From Candidatus Heimdallarchaeota archaeon (GTDB taxonomy: Archaea; Asgardarchaeota; Heimdallarchaeia; Heimdallarchaeales; Heimdallarchaeaceae), in assembly GCA_030603365.1 (NCBI GenBank), contig JAUVXV010000003.1, positions 288,001 through 352,000 of the forward strand: a stretch of 64,000 nt of DNA. The letters run 5' to 3'. Every line of letters begins with the position of its first letter. Position 1 is the first letter of the stretch. The notes beneath the pieces are model-generated. The model searched no databases and was not told the origin of the DNA. It worked only from the letters and a program-made list of their open reading frames with translations. The position numbers and the translations under genes were made by a program. Shown one piece after another: positions 50,052 through 59,722 of the stretch.

Positions 50052-51659
50052 ATGAAGGAAGTTGAAAAAATGAAAGCAAAAAAAACACTATTTCCATTAT
50101 CAGTACTGTTAATACTTATAATGATTATTCCAACTGAAGGTGTAAATGCAGATATTATTATCATTTCTGACCCAGATGATCTTGCTCCCCCTGATTTAGC
50201 TTATTTGGATATAACTCCAGATACAGTTGACACTGGTTCTTCATCAGGATTGGTAACATTTACCTTACAGATTACTGACGAGATGTCAGGATTCAGTTAT
50301 TTGATAATGTATCTTAAAAGCCCCTCACTACAGCAATCTTATTCTATTCAAGTCAACTGGCAATATCCTGTTTCAGGAGACGAATTTGATGGAATTTATC
50401 AACGTGCTTTTGCATTTCCACAGTATACAGAATCAGGTACTTGGAAGATAACTCAAATATATATTAGAGACACAGTAAGTAACACCCGAATTATAAATAC
50501 CCAAGATATAATAGATCGAGGTTTTAGTCCTTACATCTTCATAACAGGAGGACCTGATTTAGCTGCACCAATGTTACTAGATTTACAAATCGATCCTGAC
50601 ACAATCGATGTTAGTCAATATGCAAAAAGAGTGAATTTCACATTCCGTGTTACTGATGACATTGCTGGATTTTATTATTTAATTGTTTATGTCAGAAGTC
50701 CATCAAATAAGCAATATAGATCTTTCCAGGTACAAGAAAGGTACTATCGGATATCAGGAGATAAATTTGATGGAATATATAATCGTACATTTCAATTTAA
50801 TGAACACCATGAAGCAGGAACGTGGCGAATAACTCAAATCGTTCTCTATGATTATGTTAGGAACTATCGATACATTACAGAGCAACAAATGATAGATGCA
50901 GGTTTTGAGACTAGAATTGAATTCATTTCTGATCCTCATGATATCTTAGGTCCAGTTTTGGAAGATTTAGAAATAGACCCAAGAGTAGTAGATACTAGCG
51001 CTGGTCCCCAGATAATTTGGTTTACATTAAATGTATCTGATCACCTTGCAGGACTCTATAATACAATGTTACGGATTGTGAGCCCATCAGGAGCTCAACA
51101 ATGGAGTAAATCACGTTTGGCTAGATATTCCATATTTTCTGGTGATATCTTCTTGGGACTTAATAAACTAGGCATTATATTACCTCAATATTCAGAAACG
51201 GGAACATGGAAAATAACATCAATTTGTCTCTATGATAATGTCACGAACCGACGGTGTTATGGCTACCAAACCTTAATTGATCTAGGATTCAATCCAGACG
51301 TAGAAATAGTTGATACAGCAGAAGCGATAGTTGACTTTGATCCTAACACTTTGAATCTACTAAGTGAAGGAGTGCCAGTTACAGTTTATATAGAACTACC
51401 AGTTGATTCTGACTATACTGTACAAGATATTGACATAAGGACTATTCTACTGAATGGATTAATATCGATACTATATTACCCATATTCTATAGGTGACTAT
51501 GACCAAGATGGAATACCTGATTTAATGGTTAAATTTGACAGATCCGAGGTACAGAATATTTTGGATGTAGGTAAAGAAATCGAAATAACTGTATCGGGAC
51601 AATTTACGAACGGTGCGAGTTTTGAAGGAATAGATATAATAAAAGTTATGAGTAAATAA
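50052..51659 (+). CDS. Secreted protein with three tandem ~127-aa Ig-like repeats and a C-terminal DxDxDG-containing domain
   Basis: Repeats D-x2-P-x-L-x2-L-x-I-x-P...SPS...SGD...GTW-x-IT-x-I...D-x-V-x-N; C-domain DPNTLNL...DYDQDGIPDLMVKFDR. Confidence 0.75.
   Translation: MKEVEKMKAKKTLFPLSVLLILIMIIPTEGVNADIIIISDPDDLAPPDLAYLDITPDTVDTGSSSGLVTFTLQITDEMSGFSYLIMYLKSPSLQQSYSIQVNWQYPVSGDEFDGIYQRAFAFPQYTESGTWKITQIYIRDTVSNTRIINTQDIIDRGFSPYIFITGGPDLAAPMLLDLQIDPDTIDVSQYAKRVNFTFRVTDDIAGFYYLIVYVRSPSNKQYRSFQVQERYYRISGDKFDGIYNRTFQFNEHHEAGTWRITQIVLYDYVRNYRYITEQQMIDAGFETRIEFISDPHDILGPVLEDLEIDPRVVDTSAGPQIIWFTLNVSDHLAGLYNTMLRIVSPSGAQQWSKSRLARYSIFSGDIFLGLNKLGIILPQYSETGTWKITSICLYDNVTNRRCYGYQTLIDLGFNPDVEIVDTAEAIVDFDPNTLNLLSEGVPVTVYIELPVDSDYTVQDIDIRTILLNGLISILYYPYSIGDYDQDGIPDLMVKFDRSEVQNILDVGKEIEITVSGQFTNGASFEGIDIIKVMSK
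50176..51310 (+). repeat. Three tandem intragenic repeats of about 380 bp
   Basis: Units start near 50176, 50555 and 50939; conserved nucleotide blocks such as TCAGGAGAyrAATTTGATGGAAT in units 1 and 2. Confidence 0.75.
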
Positions 51660-51732
51660 CTTTTCTTTTTCTTTTTTTTGGAAATCTATAAATATCATTA
51701 TTGACTAATTACTTGATTAGGGGTTTAAACCA

Positions 51733-52692
51733 ATGAAAAGAAAAAATGTTTTATTACTAGTATTATTGTTAACAAGTTTAATTCTTATATTTCAAGTGAA
51801 GAGTGTTTTAAGTGCTTCTTTCACAGAATCTGTGATTGCTAATCATTCAACCGTAAATATTGTTCGTTATAATCAAATTCCTGATTCTGTCATAATTAAC
51901 GCAAAGAATACTCTTCATATTGCATATCAGCATACAAGTCATGGATCTCAGATAACAGATGCCATGAGTGCTCTTCCAGCTTTCAAAGAAGGTAATGGAG
52001 GAACAGCAGGGTTGTATGCTTATAATAGTTCTTTTCTTCACGATTATGCAATGCCTTCAGTAGGTGATGTTGGTTATCCTGGATGGGATGATGCAACTAG
52101 AGATTATCTAGATGATTCAGCAAATTCTGATTGTAATGTTATTATGTGGAGCTGGTGTGGTCAAGCTAGTTCCCAAACAGAACAGAGCATGATTGATTAT
52201 TATTTGGCACCTATGACTCTATTAGAATCAGAGTATCCTGATGTAATGTTTGTGTATATGACAGGTCATGTTGATGGAACAGGATTGGAAGGAAATTTAC
52301 ATCTGAGGAATGAGCAGATCAGAGATTACTGTACAGATAATAACAAGATACTATTCGATTTCGCAGATATTGAATCCTATGACCCTGATGGAAATTATTA
52401 TGGAGATAAATATGTCACTGATAACTGTGGCTGGAATGATGGTGTTGATTCTGGAAACTGGGCATTAGATTGGCAAGCTTCGCATACAGAAAATGTAGAT
52501 TGGTACAGCTGCAGTTGTGCTCACAGTCAAGCTTTAAATGGAAATCAAAAAGCATATGCTATTTGGTGGCTATGGGCTAAACTTTCTGGATGGGAAGTCA
52601 CAATTACCGAAGGACTTGCTTCATTGTCTCTTGCTGGATTTCTAGTGATTTCCTTAATCTCTATATCAGCAAAAAAGAAACATAAAAAGTAG
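51733..52692 (+). CDS. Secreted, C-terminally anchored protein (possible SGNH-like fold)
   Basis: Signal peptide; HTSHGSQI, MWSWCG, LFDFADIESYDPDG, CAHSQALN; TM plus KKKHKK. Confidence 0.7.
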   Translation: MKRKNVLLLVLLLTSLILIFQVKSVLSASFTESVIANHSTVNIVRYNQIPDSVIINAKNTLHIAYQHTSHGSQITDAMSALPAFKEGNGGTAGLYAYNSSFLHDYAMPSVGDVGYPGWDDATRDYLDDSANSDCNVIMWSWCGQASSQTEQSMIDYYLAPMTLLESEYPDVMFVYMTGHVDGTGLEGNLHLRNEQIRDYCTDNNKILFDFADIESYDPDGNYYGDKYVTDNCGWNDGVDSGNWALDWQASHTENVDWYSCSCAHSQALNGNQKAYAIWWLWAKLSGWEVTITEGLASLSLAGFLVISLISISAKKKHKK

Positions 52693-52712
52693 CTTTTACT
52701 TACTTTTTCTTC

Positions 52713-52738
52713 TTGATGGTAAAACCATCAACTTTTTT
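52713..52738 (+). terminator. Hairpin plus oligo-T terminator-like element
   Basis: TTGATGGT-AAA-ACCATCAA perfect 8-bp stem followed by CTTTTTT, 20 nt after the stop of 51733-52692. Confidence 0.55.
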
Positions 52739-52792
52739 ATTATATTATTCAACTTACTATTAAGAGAAGGGTAATAAAATAAGTAGACATAA

Positions 52793-54988
52793 GTGAGGTT
52801 TTCGTGGTTGCAGAACAATATTGAGCAAGAACTAATACTTATTCGAAATATGATCCATAAAGGATCTTATTCGGATGCGTTCATAGGTCTTGATAATATT
52901 GAAAAATGGGAAAATGTAACAGCTGAGAATATTATAAATATCAACTTTCTAAGAGCAACAATCTCTTTTGAACTAGGCAAATACCAGGAAGCTCTTCGTA
53001 TTGTTACTCAATTAGAGCAACAATGCCAACATCAATCAAATAACAGACGACATCTGGAGTGTTTCATTTTAAAAGCTAATATTCTACTTCATATTGGATC
53101 ATTCAAAGATTCTCTAAATATGGTCATTGAATTAGAAAAAAAATTAGAAGATATTTATGATGATAATTCTATTGAGTATAAGAAGAATAAAACGACTCTG
53201 TTGAAATTGAAAGGAGTATGTTTTAGAGCAACGGGAGAATTAGATTTAGTTGAAGAGACTCTCTTAAAAGGATTGGAAATTGGCAAGAACATTGATGACA
53301 AATTCGAAATTGCTGATATTCTAGATCGTTTAGCAATGTTCTTGAGCAACAAAGAGAATGAATTTGAACGGGCTCTTGAATATGCTAATGAAAGTATGTT
53401 ATTGAGAAGAGAAATTGGAAATGATAATTTTACAGCTCAGACTCTCAATAGACTAGGAATTCTTCATAGATATGGTGGAAAATATGATGAAGCATTGACA
53501 TTCTACCAAGAAGCTTTAGATTTAGTTGCTAAATTTAACAACAAAGATCTTATAGCAATACTTAGAAACAATATAGGTGGGATTAAAGACTCTTTTGGTA
53601 ATCTGAATGAAGCACTCGATCATTACGCTGTTGCTTTGAAACTTAGTGAAGAAACTAATAACAAGAATATGATTGCAATTGGATATCATAATATTGCTTC
53701 TGTTTATAGGAGTAGAGGAGAACTCGATCCAGCTTTAGATAATTTTAAACAAGCTTTAGAATATCTACAGGAACAAGGATACCAGGCTCCAATTTCTTCT
53801 TGTTTGAATAATATAGGACTAGTTTATTACAATAAAGGAGATTTGAAGAAAGCATCAGAATTCATCGAAAAAAGCATTAAATATTCGGAGGAAGAAAGTC
53901 GGTTCACTGCAGTTGGTTCAAGTCTCTATAATTTAATTAGAATCTCACTTGATGATAATCAATTTGATAAAGCAAAAACATATTTCGATAAACTTGAAAA
54001 AATAAAGAACCAACTAAATCTGAAAGTTGTCAACCATAGAATGAATATCTCTGAAGCTCTAATCCTTATGATTAGTACTCGATTTCAAAATAGAGCTAAA
54101 GCTGAAACCCTGTTGAAAGAAGTGATAAACGATGAAGTTGTTGATCATGAAGTCACTGAAACTGCATTATTGACACTCTGTGATTTATTGTTAGATGAGT
54201 TAAAAATTACTGGTAGTAAAGAAGTATTAGATGAGCTACATGTCTATGTGACAAAACTTGAAAATATAGCTCGTACTCAGCACTCCTATTTGCTATTAAC
54301 CCAAACATATTGGTTGCACTCTCAGCTAGCATTAATTTCAATAAATATGCCTAAAGCTAAGAGTTTACTAACCCAAGCGCAGCTAATCGCAGAAGAAAAA
54401 GAATTACATCGACTAGTGCTTAAAATAAGTAATGAGTATGAAAACTTGTTAACCCAAGCAAAACAATGGTCAAGGCTTAAAGATGAAAATGCATCCTTAG
54501 ACCAACGAATGTCAATGATTCAGATTGATGATCTCATCCAGAGTATGACAAAGAAAAGAGAGATTGAACTAATAGATTTTACACAGGAAGATCCAATTTA
54601 TCTAATACTCTTGAGTAAAGATGGTAAATCCATTTTTACAAGAAAATTCCATGCTCTTTCTACTCTAGATGATGCATTGATTGGCGGATTCATTGCAGCT
54701 GTTAATTCTTTTGCAAAAGAAATTTTTGAAACAACTGGTCATATTGAAAGAATTAAACATCAAGATTATACTCTTATTATCAAAGTAGAAGGAGATATTC
54801 TTTTTACATATGTCTATAAAGGTCAATCATTTGCAGCTCTGAGTAAGTTAACTGATTATGTAGAGAAAGTTTCATCAGTAAAATATCTCTGGAATTCTAT
54901 AACTGAAATATCTAGGTCACCAATAAATCTTGAGCCAGGTTTTAAACTAGAATTAGAACGTAAAGCAGATTCAATTTTCGTTTCATAA
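52793..54988 (+). CDS. TPR-repeat protein with C-terminal longin-like domain
   Basis: Multiple NNIG/YDEAL TPR units; C-terminal YLILLSKDGKSIF...LIGGFIAAVNSFAKEIF...IERIKHQDY. Confidence 0.85.
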   Translation: MRFSWLQNNIEQELILIRNMIHKGSYSDAFIGLDNIEKWENVTAENIININFLRATISFELGKYQEALRIVTQLEQQCQHQSNNRRHLECFILKANILLHIGSFKDSLNMVIELEKKLEDIYDDNSIEYKKNKTTLLKLKGVCFRATGELDLVEETLLKGLEIGKNIDDKFEIADILDRLAMFLSNKENEFERALEYANESMLLRREIGNDNFTAQTLNRLGILHRYGGKYDEALTFYQEALDLVAKFNNKDLIAILRNNIGGIKDSFGNLNEALDHYAVALKLSEETNNKNMIAIGYHNIASVYRSRGELDPALDNFKQALEYLQEQGYQAPISSCLNNIGLVYYNKGDLKKASEFIEKSIKYSEEESRFTAVGSSLYNLIRISLDDNQFDKAKTYFDKLEKIKNQLNLKVVNHRMNISEALILMISTRFQNRAKAETLLKEVINDEVVDHEVTETALLTLCDLLLDELKITGSKEVLDELHVYVTKLENIARTQHSYLLLTQTYWLHSQLALISINMPKAKSLLTQAQLIAEEKELHRLVLKISNEYENLLTQAKQWSRLKDENASLDQRMSMIQIDDLIQSMTKKREIELIDFTQEDPIYLILLSKDGKSIFTRKFHALSTLDDALIGGFIAAVNSFAKEIFETTGHIERIKHQDYTLIIKVEGDILFTYVYKGQSFAALSKLTDYVEKVSSVKYLWNSITEISRSPINLEPGFKLELERKADSIFVS

Positions 54989-55076
54989 GCTAAAACCTTC
55001 AAATATAGATCAATCATTTTGAAAAATCAACAATAATTCGAATAAAACTTATTATTACTAAGAAAATACTATATAT

Positions 55077-56645
55077 ATGATTCCCCAACCTTTCAATTTA
55101 AAAATTGAAGATGGAAAATTCATCTTGAATGTGGAAACTAAGATATTTGCTCCTGATGACTTAATTGCTGTCTCCCAATATTTGAAGACTTTTATCAAAC
55201 TACCAACTGGTTTTGATCTACAAGATACTCAAACAAAATCCGAACAAAACTCAATCAATTTAGAATTAGATGACACTTTAAAAGGTCTTAATCCAGAGGG
55301 TTATGAACTTCGGATTACTCCAAAACTTGTTCTTCTTAGAGCTCCTCAACCTGCTGGAATTTTTTATGGTATTCAAACGTTACGTCAGTTGTTACCAGCA
55401 GAGATTGAATCTCAAACAAAAGTTCAAGGTTTAGAGTGGGATATACATTGTTTGATTATTGAAGATTCTCCCCGGTTCAAGTGGAGAGGGTTAATGTTTG
55501 ATTCTGGAAGACATTTCTTTAGTGTAGATGTTATAAAAAAATATCTAGATTTGCTTGCTTTATTGAAAATGAATACATTTCATTGGCATCTAACTGAGGA
55601 TCAAGGTTGGAGAATTGAAATCAAGAAATATCCTAAACTAACTGAAATTGGCTCTAAAAGAGAAGATAGTAGGATAGGTGGCTGGATCAGTAAGAAGACT
55701 AGAGGAGAACCACATGAAGGATTTTACACTCAAGATGAAATCAGAGAAGTAATCCAATATGCAGAAGAACGTTTCATTAGAGTTATACCTGAAATAGATG
55801 TACCAGGACACTCTTCAGCTGCAATTGCAGCTTATCCTGAACTAAGTTGTACAAAAGAGGAAATCAATGTACCAACTAAGTTCGGAATTTTCGAAGATAT
55901 CTATTGTGCAGGGCATGATTTCACATATGAATTTATGGAAAATGTTCTGGATGAAGTATTGTCTCTCTTTCCTTCAGAAATAATTCATATTGGTGGTGAT
56001 GAGGTTCCAAAAAAGAACTGGAAAAAATGTGAAGTTTGTAAGAAGAAAATGAAGGATGAAAATCTACGAAATCTAGATGAATTACATGATTACTTTACAG
56101 AACGGATTTCAAAATATATTGTATCAAAGGGTAGACGAGTAATAGGATGGAATGAGATTCTGGATGAAAAGACTGACAAAAACACAATTGGGCAACATTG
56201 GTTGTTAACAGGTAAAAAACAAGTTAGAAAGCATCTAGAAAAGGGCGGGGATATAGTTGTTTCTAATATGTTCAGATATTATCTTGATTATAGTTATATA
56301 ATGACTCCGTTAAGAAAAACATACAAATTTGAGCCTATCTCAAGAACAGTAAAAACTGAGAATCAGCAACAGATACTAGGGATAGAATCACCTATTTGGA
56401 CAGAGTGGGTTCCTAATACTGAAAGGTTGGATTGGCAAGTTTTACCTAGATTAGTAGCTGTAGCTGAAACTGGATGGACACAGAAGAGATTAAAGAATTT
56501 CAAGAATTTCAGAAAAAGGATAGAGAATTTTGAAGAAAGACTTAACTCTCTTGAATTTCAATCTGCTTCTTTCAAGGAAGCAAATCCTGGAAATCTAAAG
56601 AGACTATTCTTCTTAGCAAGAGCTTTCAAATGGCCTGCAATATAG
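55077..56645 (+). CDS. Beta-N-acetylhexosaminidase (GH20)
   Basis: PRFKWRGLMFDSGRHF, HWHLTEDQGW, PEIDVPGH, catalytic HIGGDE, WTE; no signal peptide. Confidence 0.95.
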   Translation: MIPQPFNLKIEDGKFILNVETKIFAPDDLIAVSQYLKTFIKLPTGFDLQDTQTKSEQNSINLELDDTLKGLNPEGYELRITPKLVLLRAPQPAGIFYGIQTLRQLLPAEIESQTKVQGLEWDIHCLIIEDSPRFKWRGLMFDSGRHFFSVDVIKKYLDLLALLKMNTFHWHLTEDQGWRIEIKKYPKLTEIGSKREDSRIGGWISKKTRGEPHEGFYTQDEIREVIQYAEERFIRVIPEIDVPGHSSAAIAAYPELSCTKEEINVPTKFGIFEDIYCAGHDFTYEFMENVLDEVLSLFPSEIIHIGGDEVPKKNWKKCEVCKKKMKDENLRNLDELHDYFTERISKYIVSKGRRVIGWNEILDEKTDKNTIGQHWLLTGKKQVRKHLEKGGDIVVSNMFRYYLDYSYIMTPLRKTYKFEPISRTVKTENQQQILGIESPIWTEWVPNTERLDWQVLPRLVAVAETGWTQKRLKNFKNFRKRIENFEERLNSLEFQSASFKEANPGNLKRLFFLARAFKWPAI

Positions 56646-56649
56646 TTTT

Positions 56650-56828
56650 ATGAAAAAGAAAAATCCGCTACTAAATGATAATTCAATTTTCCTGAATTCC
56701 TTTACAATATCCTCTAAAGTACATGGTTTTTACCCAATTGTAGAGATGGTTAGCCAAGTTTGATTCTTGATTACTTTATCCCATCTTACTTGAGATGAAG
56801 ATTTCTTTTCTTTCATTATTGGAACCAT
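56650..56828 (-). pseudogene. Possible gene fragment with internal stop
   Basis: MVPIMKEKKSSSQVRWDKVIKNQTWLTISTIG*KPCTLEDIVKEFRKIE reads protein-like across a TAA (56730-56732) in an unusually long intergenic gap; family not recognised. Confidence 0.3.
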
Positions 56829-56991
56829 CGGTTAGAAGTGGTAATTTTGTTATTGAATATTTAGCATTTACTCCCAAGACTCTTAAGATACAAGGAAGGA
56901 TTGAGGTTATTACAATGATTGGAATGACTAGATAATCCTTATAATAGTTTATGTGTCTAATTATGTGAATAAAAGAAGAGAACGTGATTTG

Positions 56992-59160
56992 ATGAAAATA
57001 AAATACTCAATAATTATACCTACTCTCAGCATATTGCTTATTACTGCAATTGTCGTACCTCTGGTGGTTTTTCTCCCAGACAAAGATTCAAATGGATATG
57101 TGTCGTCTTATGGAGTATATGATAATTCAGCAGCAAGTCAGTATGTTGGTGAAAACATTTCAACGTATTTCGGTACATATTCACCACAAGATTTGGATTA
57201 TAATCCATCAATAATTCCTTCAAAAATCGAATCAGATCTAAGTAATGTTGATTTTCAAGGCTTAAGTATAGATTCAAGTTTGTATGAAACATTAGCAAAC
57301 TATGGGTTTGCAATAGTTGATGAAGGATATACTAGCATCTATAAAATATATGAGTGGTTTAAGGCAGATCCCTATTTCATAACAACTGATCTATGTCTTC
57401 ATACATTTCATTGGCTCTATGATGACAGTTTGAAATTATTGGAATTGATGTACCTTTATGAATTATATAAGGATTTAATAACAAATTTAAGAGCTGACCA
57501 GATTAGCTTAAACTCAACAATTACTGAACCTATTGTTCAAGAAGCGCTCAAAAAGAATATTGCATATTTGACAGTCGTACTCTATCTTCTAGATAACACC
57601 ACATCAATACCAAGTGAAGTAGAAAGCATGGTAAATACAGAATTGGCTAACATTGTTGCAGAAACACAAGCTTCTTCAGCAATACTAGAATATCAAGAGA
57701 ATTTTGCCCAGTATAAAGTAAGAGGACATTATACAGGTAATGAGACATTGGAAAGCTATTTTCAAGCATTAATGTATTCAGGAAGAATGGGATATTTAAT
57801 CTCTGAATCTGCAGTTGAACAAACCCTTATGACACTACTATTATGTTCATCATTTGATAATTCTTCTTTGCAGGATTTATGGTTTCAAATATACGAACCA
57901 ACCACATTCTATGTTGGTCAAACCTTAGATCTTACACCTTTCGAGATGTATAATATTTGGGTAAGTTTTGGGTCTCCACAAAGTGATCAACTAGCAAATA
58001 ATACCTTAGTTGAAGAGACAATTTCATTTGCAAGAAATTATGCAATTGAGCGAGAAAATATCCTCAATGTGGAAAGCATTTTTCCCTCTCCAGAAAGACC
58101 AATTACGTTTAAAATTATGGGTCAAAGATTAACACCTGACTATTATACTTTCCAAAATCTTCTTCATCCTATCGTCGATTCTAGAAACTTTCCGCAAACA
58201 TTAGATTTCTTTTCAGTATTAGGAAGCATTCGCGCAGAAGGTTTACTACAATCAGAAAATGATACCTATCCTTACTATGGGGAACAAATACTTAACTTAA
58301 GAGATGAATTTGGTAGTCTAGATTCAGAGGTTTGGGTGCAAAATCTGTACTGGATGTGGATTTATACACTATTTCCACTATTACAGACTCCAAGTGAGGG
58401 ATATCCTGGATTTATGTTGAATCATGCCTGGATAAATAAAGAGCTCATGACTACCTTGGGTTCTTTTGCTGAACTTAAACATGATAGCTTACTCTATGGT
58501 TATAGTGGATATGTTAGTCCTGCTGTTTTTCCAGATTATGGGTATGTGGAACCTTATCCAGAGATTTATGGACGATTAGTAAGTATGCTAGAGATGTTAA
58601 AGGATGGTCTTGATGCTAGAGGATTAATTTCTGCTAGATTGAAAGATAGGATTGAAAGGTGTTTAGAAGTCTTTGAATATTTAACAGATATTTCCATAAA
58701 AATTCTTAACAATGAAGAGCTTACTTCAGATGATCTTCAGGATATCCTTTATACAGGGAAAAGATTGTATGAAATTGTCGTTGATATGATTCCTGGTTCA
58801 TCATATGTGGATTCTAGCTTGACTCCCATGGCAGTAATTGCTGATATCTCGACTGACGATTTAGTTACTGGACACACTAAGGAAATTGCAGTAGGAAATC
58901 CTTTGGTTATTTACGTCATTGTTCAAGATTATGACGGTAATCTTTACCTAACAAAAGGTGGAACTTACTCATATTACGAATTCACTGTACCAAAAAATGA
59001 AATAATGAATGATGAAGAATGGAGGATGCTTTTAGAGTCTGATCCTCCTGAAATGCCTGATTGGATTCTGGATATAGAAACTGTGCTGATTGAATCAAGT
59101 AATATATTGTTAACTGTAATCATAAGATCTAAAGAAAAACTTCTCAGATTTTATTCATAA
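56992..59160 (+). CDS. DUF3160 domain-containing membrane-anchored protein
   Basis: N-terminal TM; FITTD, YKVRGHYT, GQRLTPD, AELKHDSLLY, GYVEPYPE, GGTYSYYEF, DEEWR motifs. ATG at 56992. Confidence 0.88.
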   Translation: MKIKYSIIIPTLSILLITAIVVPLVVFLPDKDSNGYVSSYGVYDNSAASQYVGENISTYFGTYSPQDLDYNPSIIPSKIESDLSNVDFQGLSIDSSLYETLANYGFAIVDEGYTSIYKIYEWFKADPYFITTDLCLHTFHWLYDDSLKLLELMYLYELYKDLITNLRADQISLNSTITEPIVQEALKKNIAYLTVVLYLLDNTTSIPSEVESMVNTELANIVAETQASSAILEYQENFAQYKVRGHYTGNETLESYFQALMYSGRMGYLISESAVEQTLMTLLLCSSFDNSSLQDLWFQIYEPTTFYVGQTLDLTPFEMYNIWVSFGSPQSDQLANNTLVEETISFARNYAIERENILNVESIFPSPERPITFKIMGQRLTPDYYTFQNLLHPIVDSRNFPQTLDFFSVLGSIRAEGLLQSENDTYPYYGEQILNLRDEFGSLDSEVWVQNLYWMWIYTLFPLLQTPSEGYPGFMLNHAWINKELMTTLGSFAELKHDSLLYGYSGYVSPAVFPDYGYVEPYPEIYGRLVSMLEMLKDGLDARGLISARLKDRIERCLEVFEYLTDISIKILNNEELTSDDLQDILYTGKRLYEIVVDMIPGSSYVDSSLTPMAVIADISTDDLVTGHTKEIAVGNPLVIYVIVQDYDGNLYLTKGGTYSYYEFTVPKNEIMNDEEWRMLLESDPPEMPDWILDIETVLIESSNILLTVIIRSKEKLLRFYS

Positions 59161-59708
59161 TTATGTTTATTTTCTTTCCACCAGAGAATCCAATTTTTTC
59201 TCAATTCATCTCTCTGTTTTTTATCTATTCCACCTACAAATGCCCACAAAGGATTATCAAACATTCTTCTTAGAATTACAATCTGACCAGTATGTCCCAT
59301 AATGTGCAAAGTAATCCGTTTTAACAAATCTGAAAGTTTTTCTTCTATTTCATCATGCGGGATTTCGTCAAATTTCTCCTTTGGAAGTGATTCTAGTTTC
59401 TTGAAAAATGAATCAGAAATCTGCAAGTGTTTATCAATTAAATCTGAAAAAGAGTAAGGGTAAGTTACAACTTTGTTTTTTTCAACCCCGTAAGCATAAT
59501 ATTCCGATTCTTCCTTTGATAGCGATTTATTTCCAGTATATATCTATAAATACAAATCAAAGTGTGAAACACAATGCCCTATTATCCAAGCAATGTGATT
59601 TGTGTCTTTTTGGATTTGTATAGTAATTAATTCAGGTAGTATCTCTTTGAATGACATTAAGAAATTTATTTCTGCAGTTTTAAAGGTAGAAATTAGAATA
59701 TCCTTCAT
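59151..59708 (-). pseudogene. DinB-family protein interrupted by a single in-frame TAG (codon 55)
   Basis: ATG 59708 MKDILISTFK...NHIAWIIGHCVSHFDLYL-TAG(59544-59546)-IYTGNK...YYAYG...LHIMGHTGQI; one frame of 186 codons. Confidence 0.75.
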
Positions 59709-59722
59709 GTTCGATCACCTCA

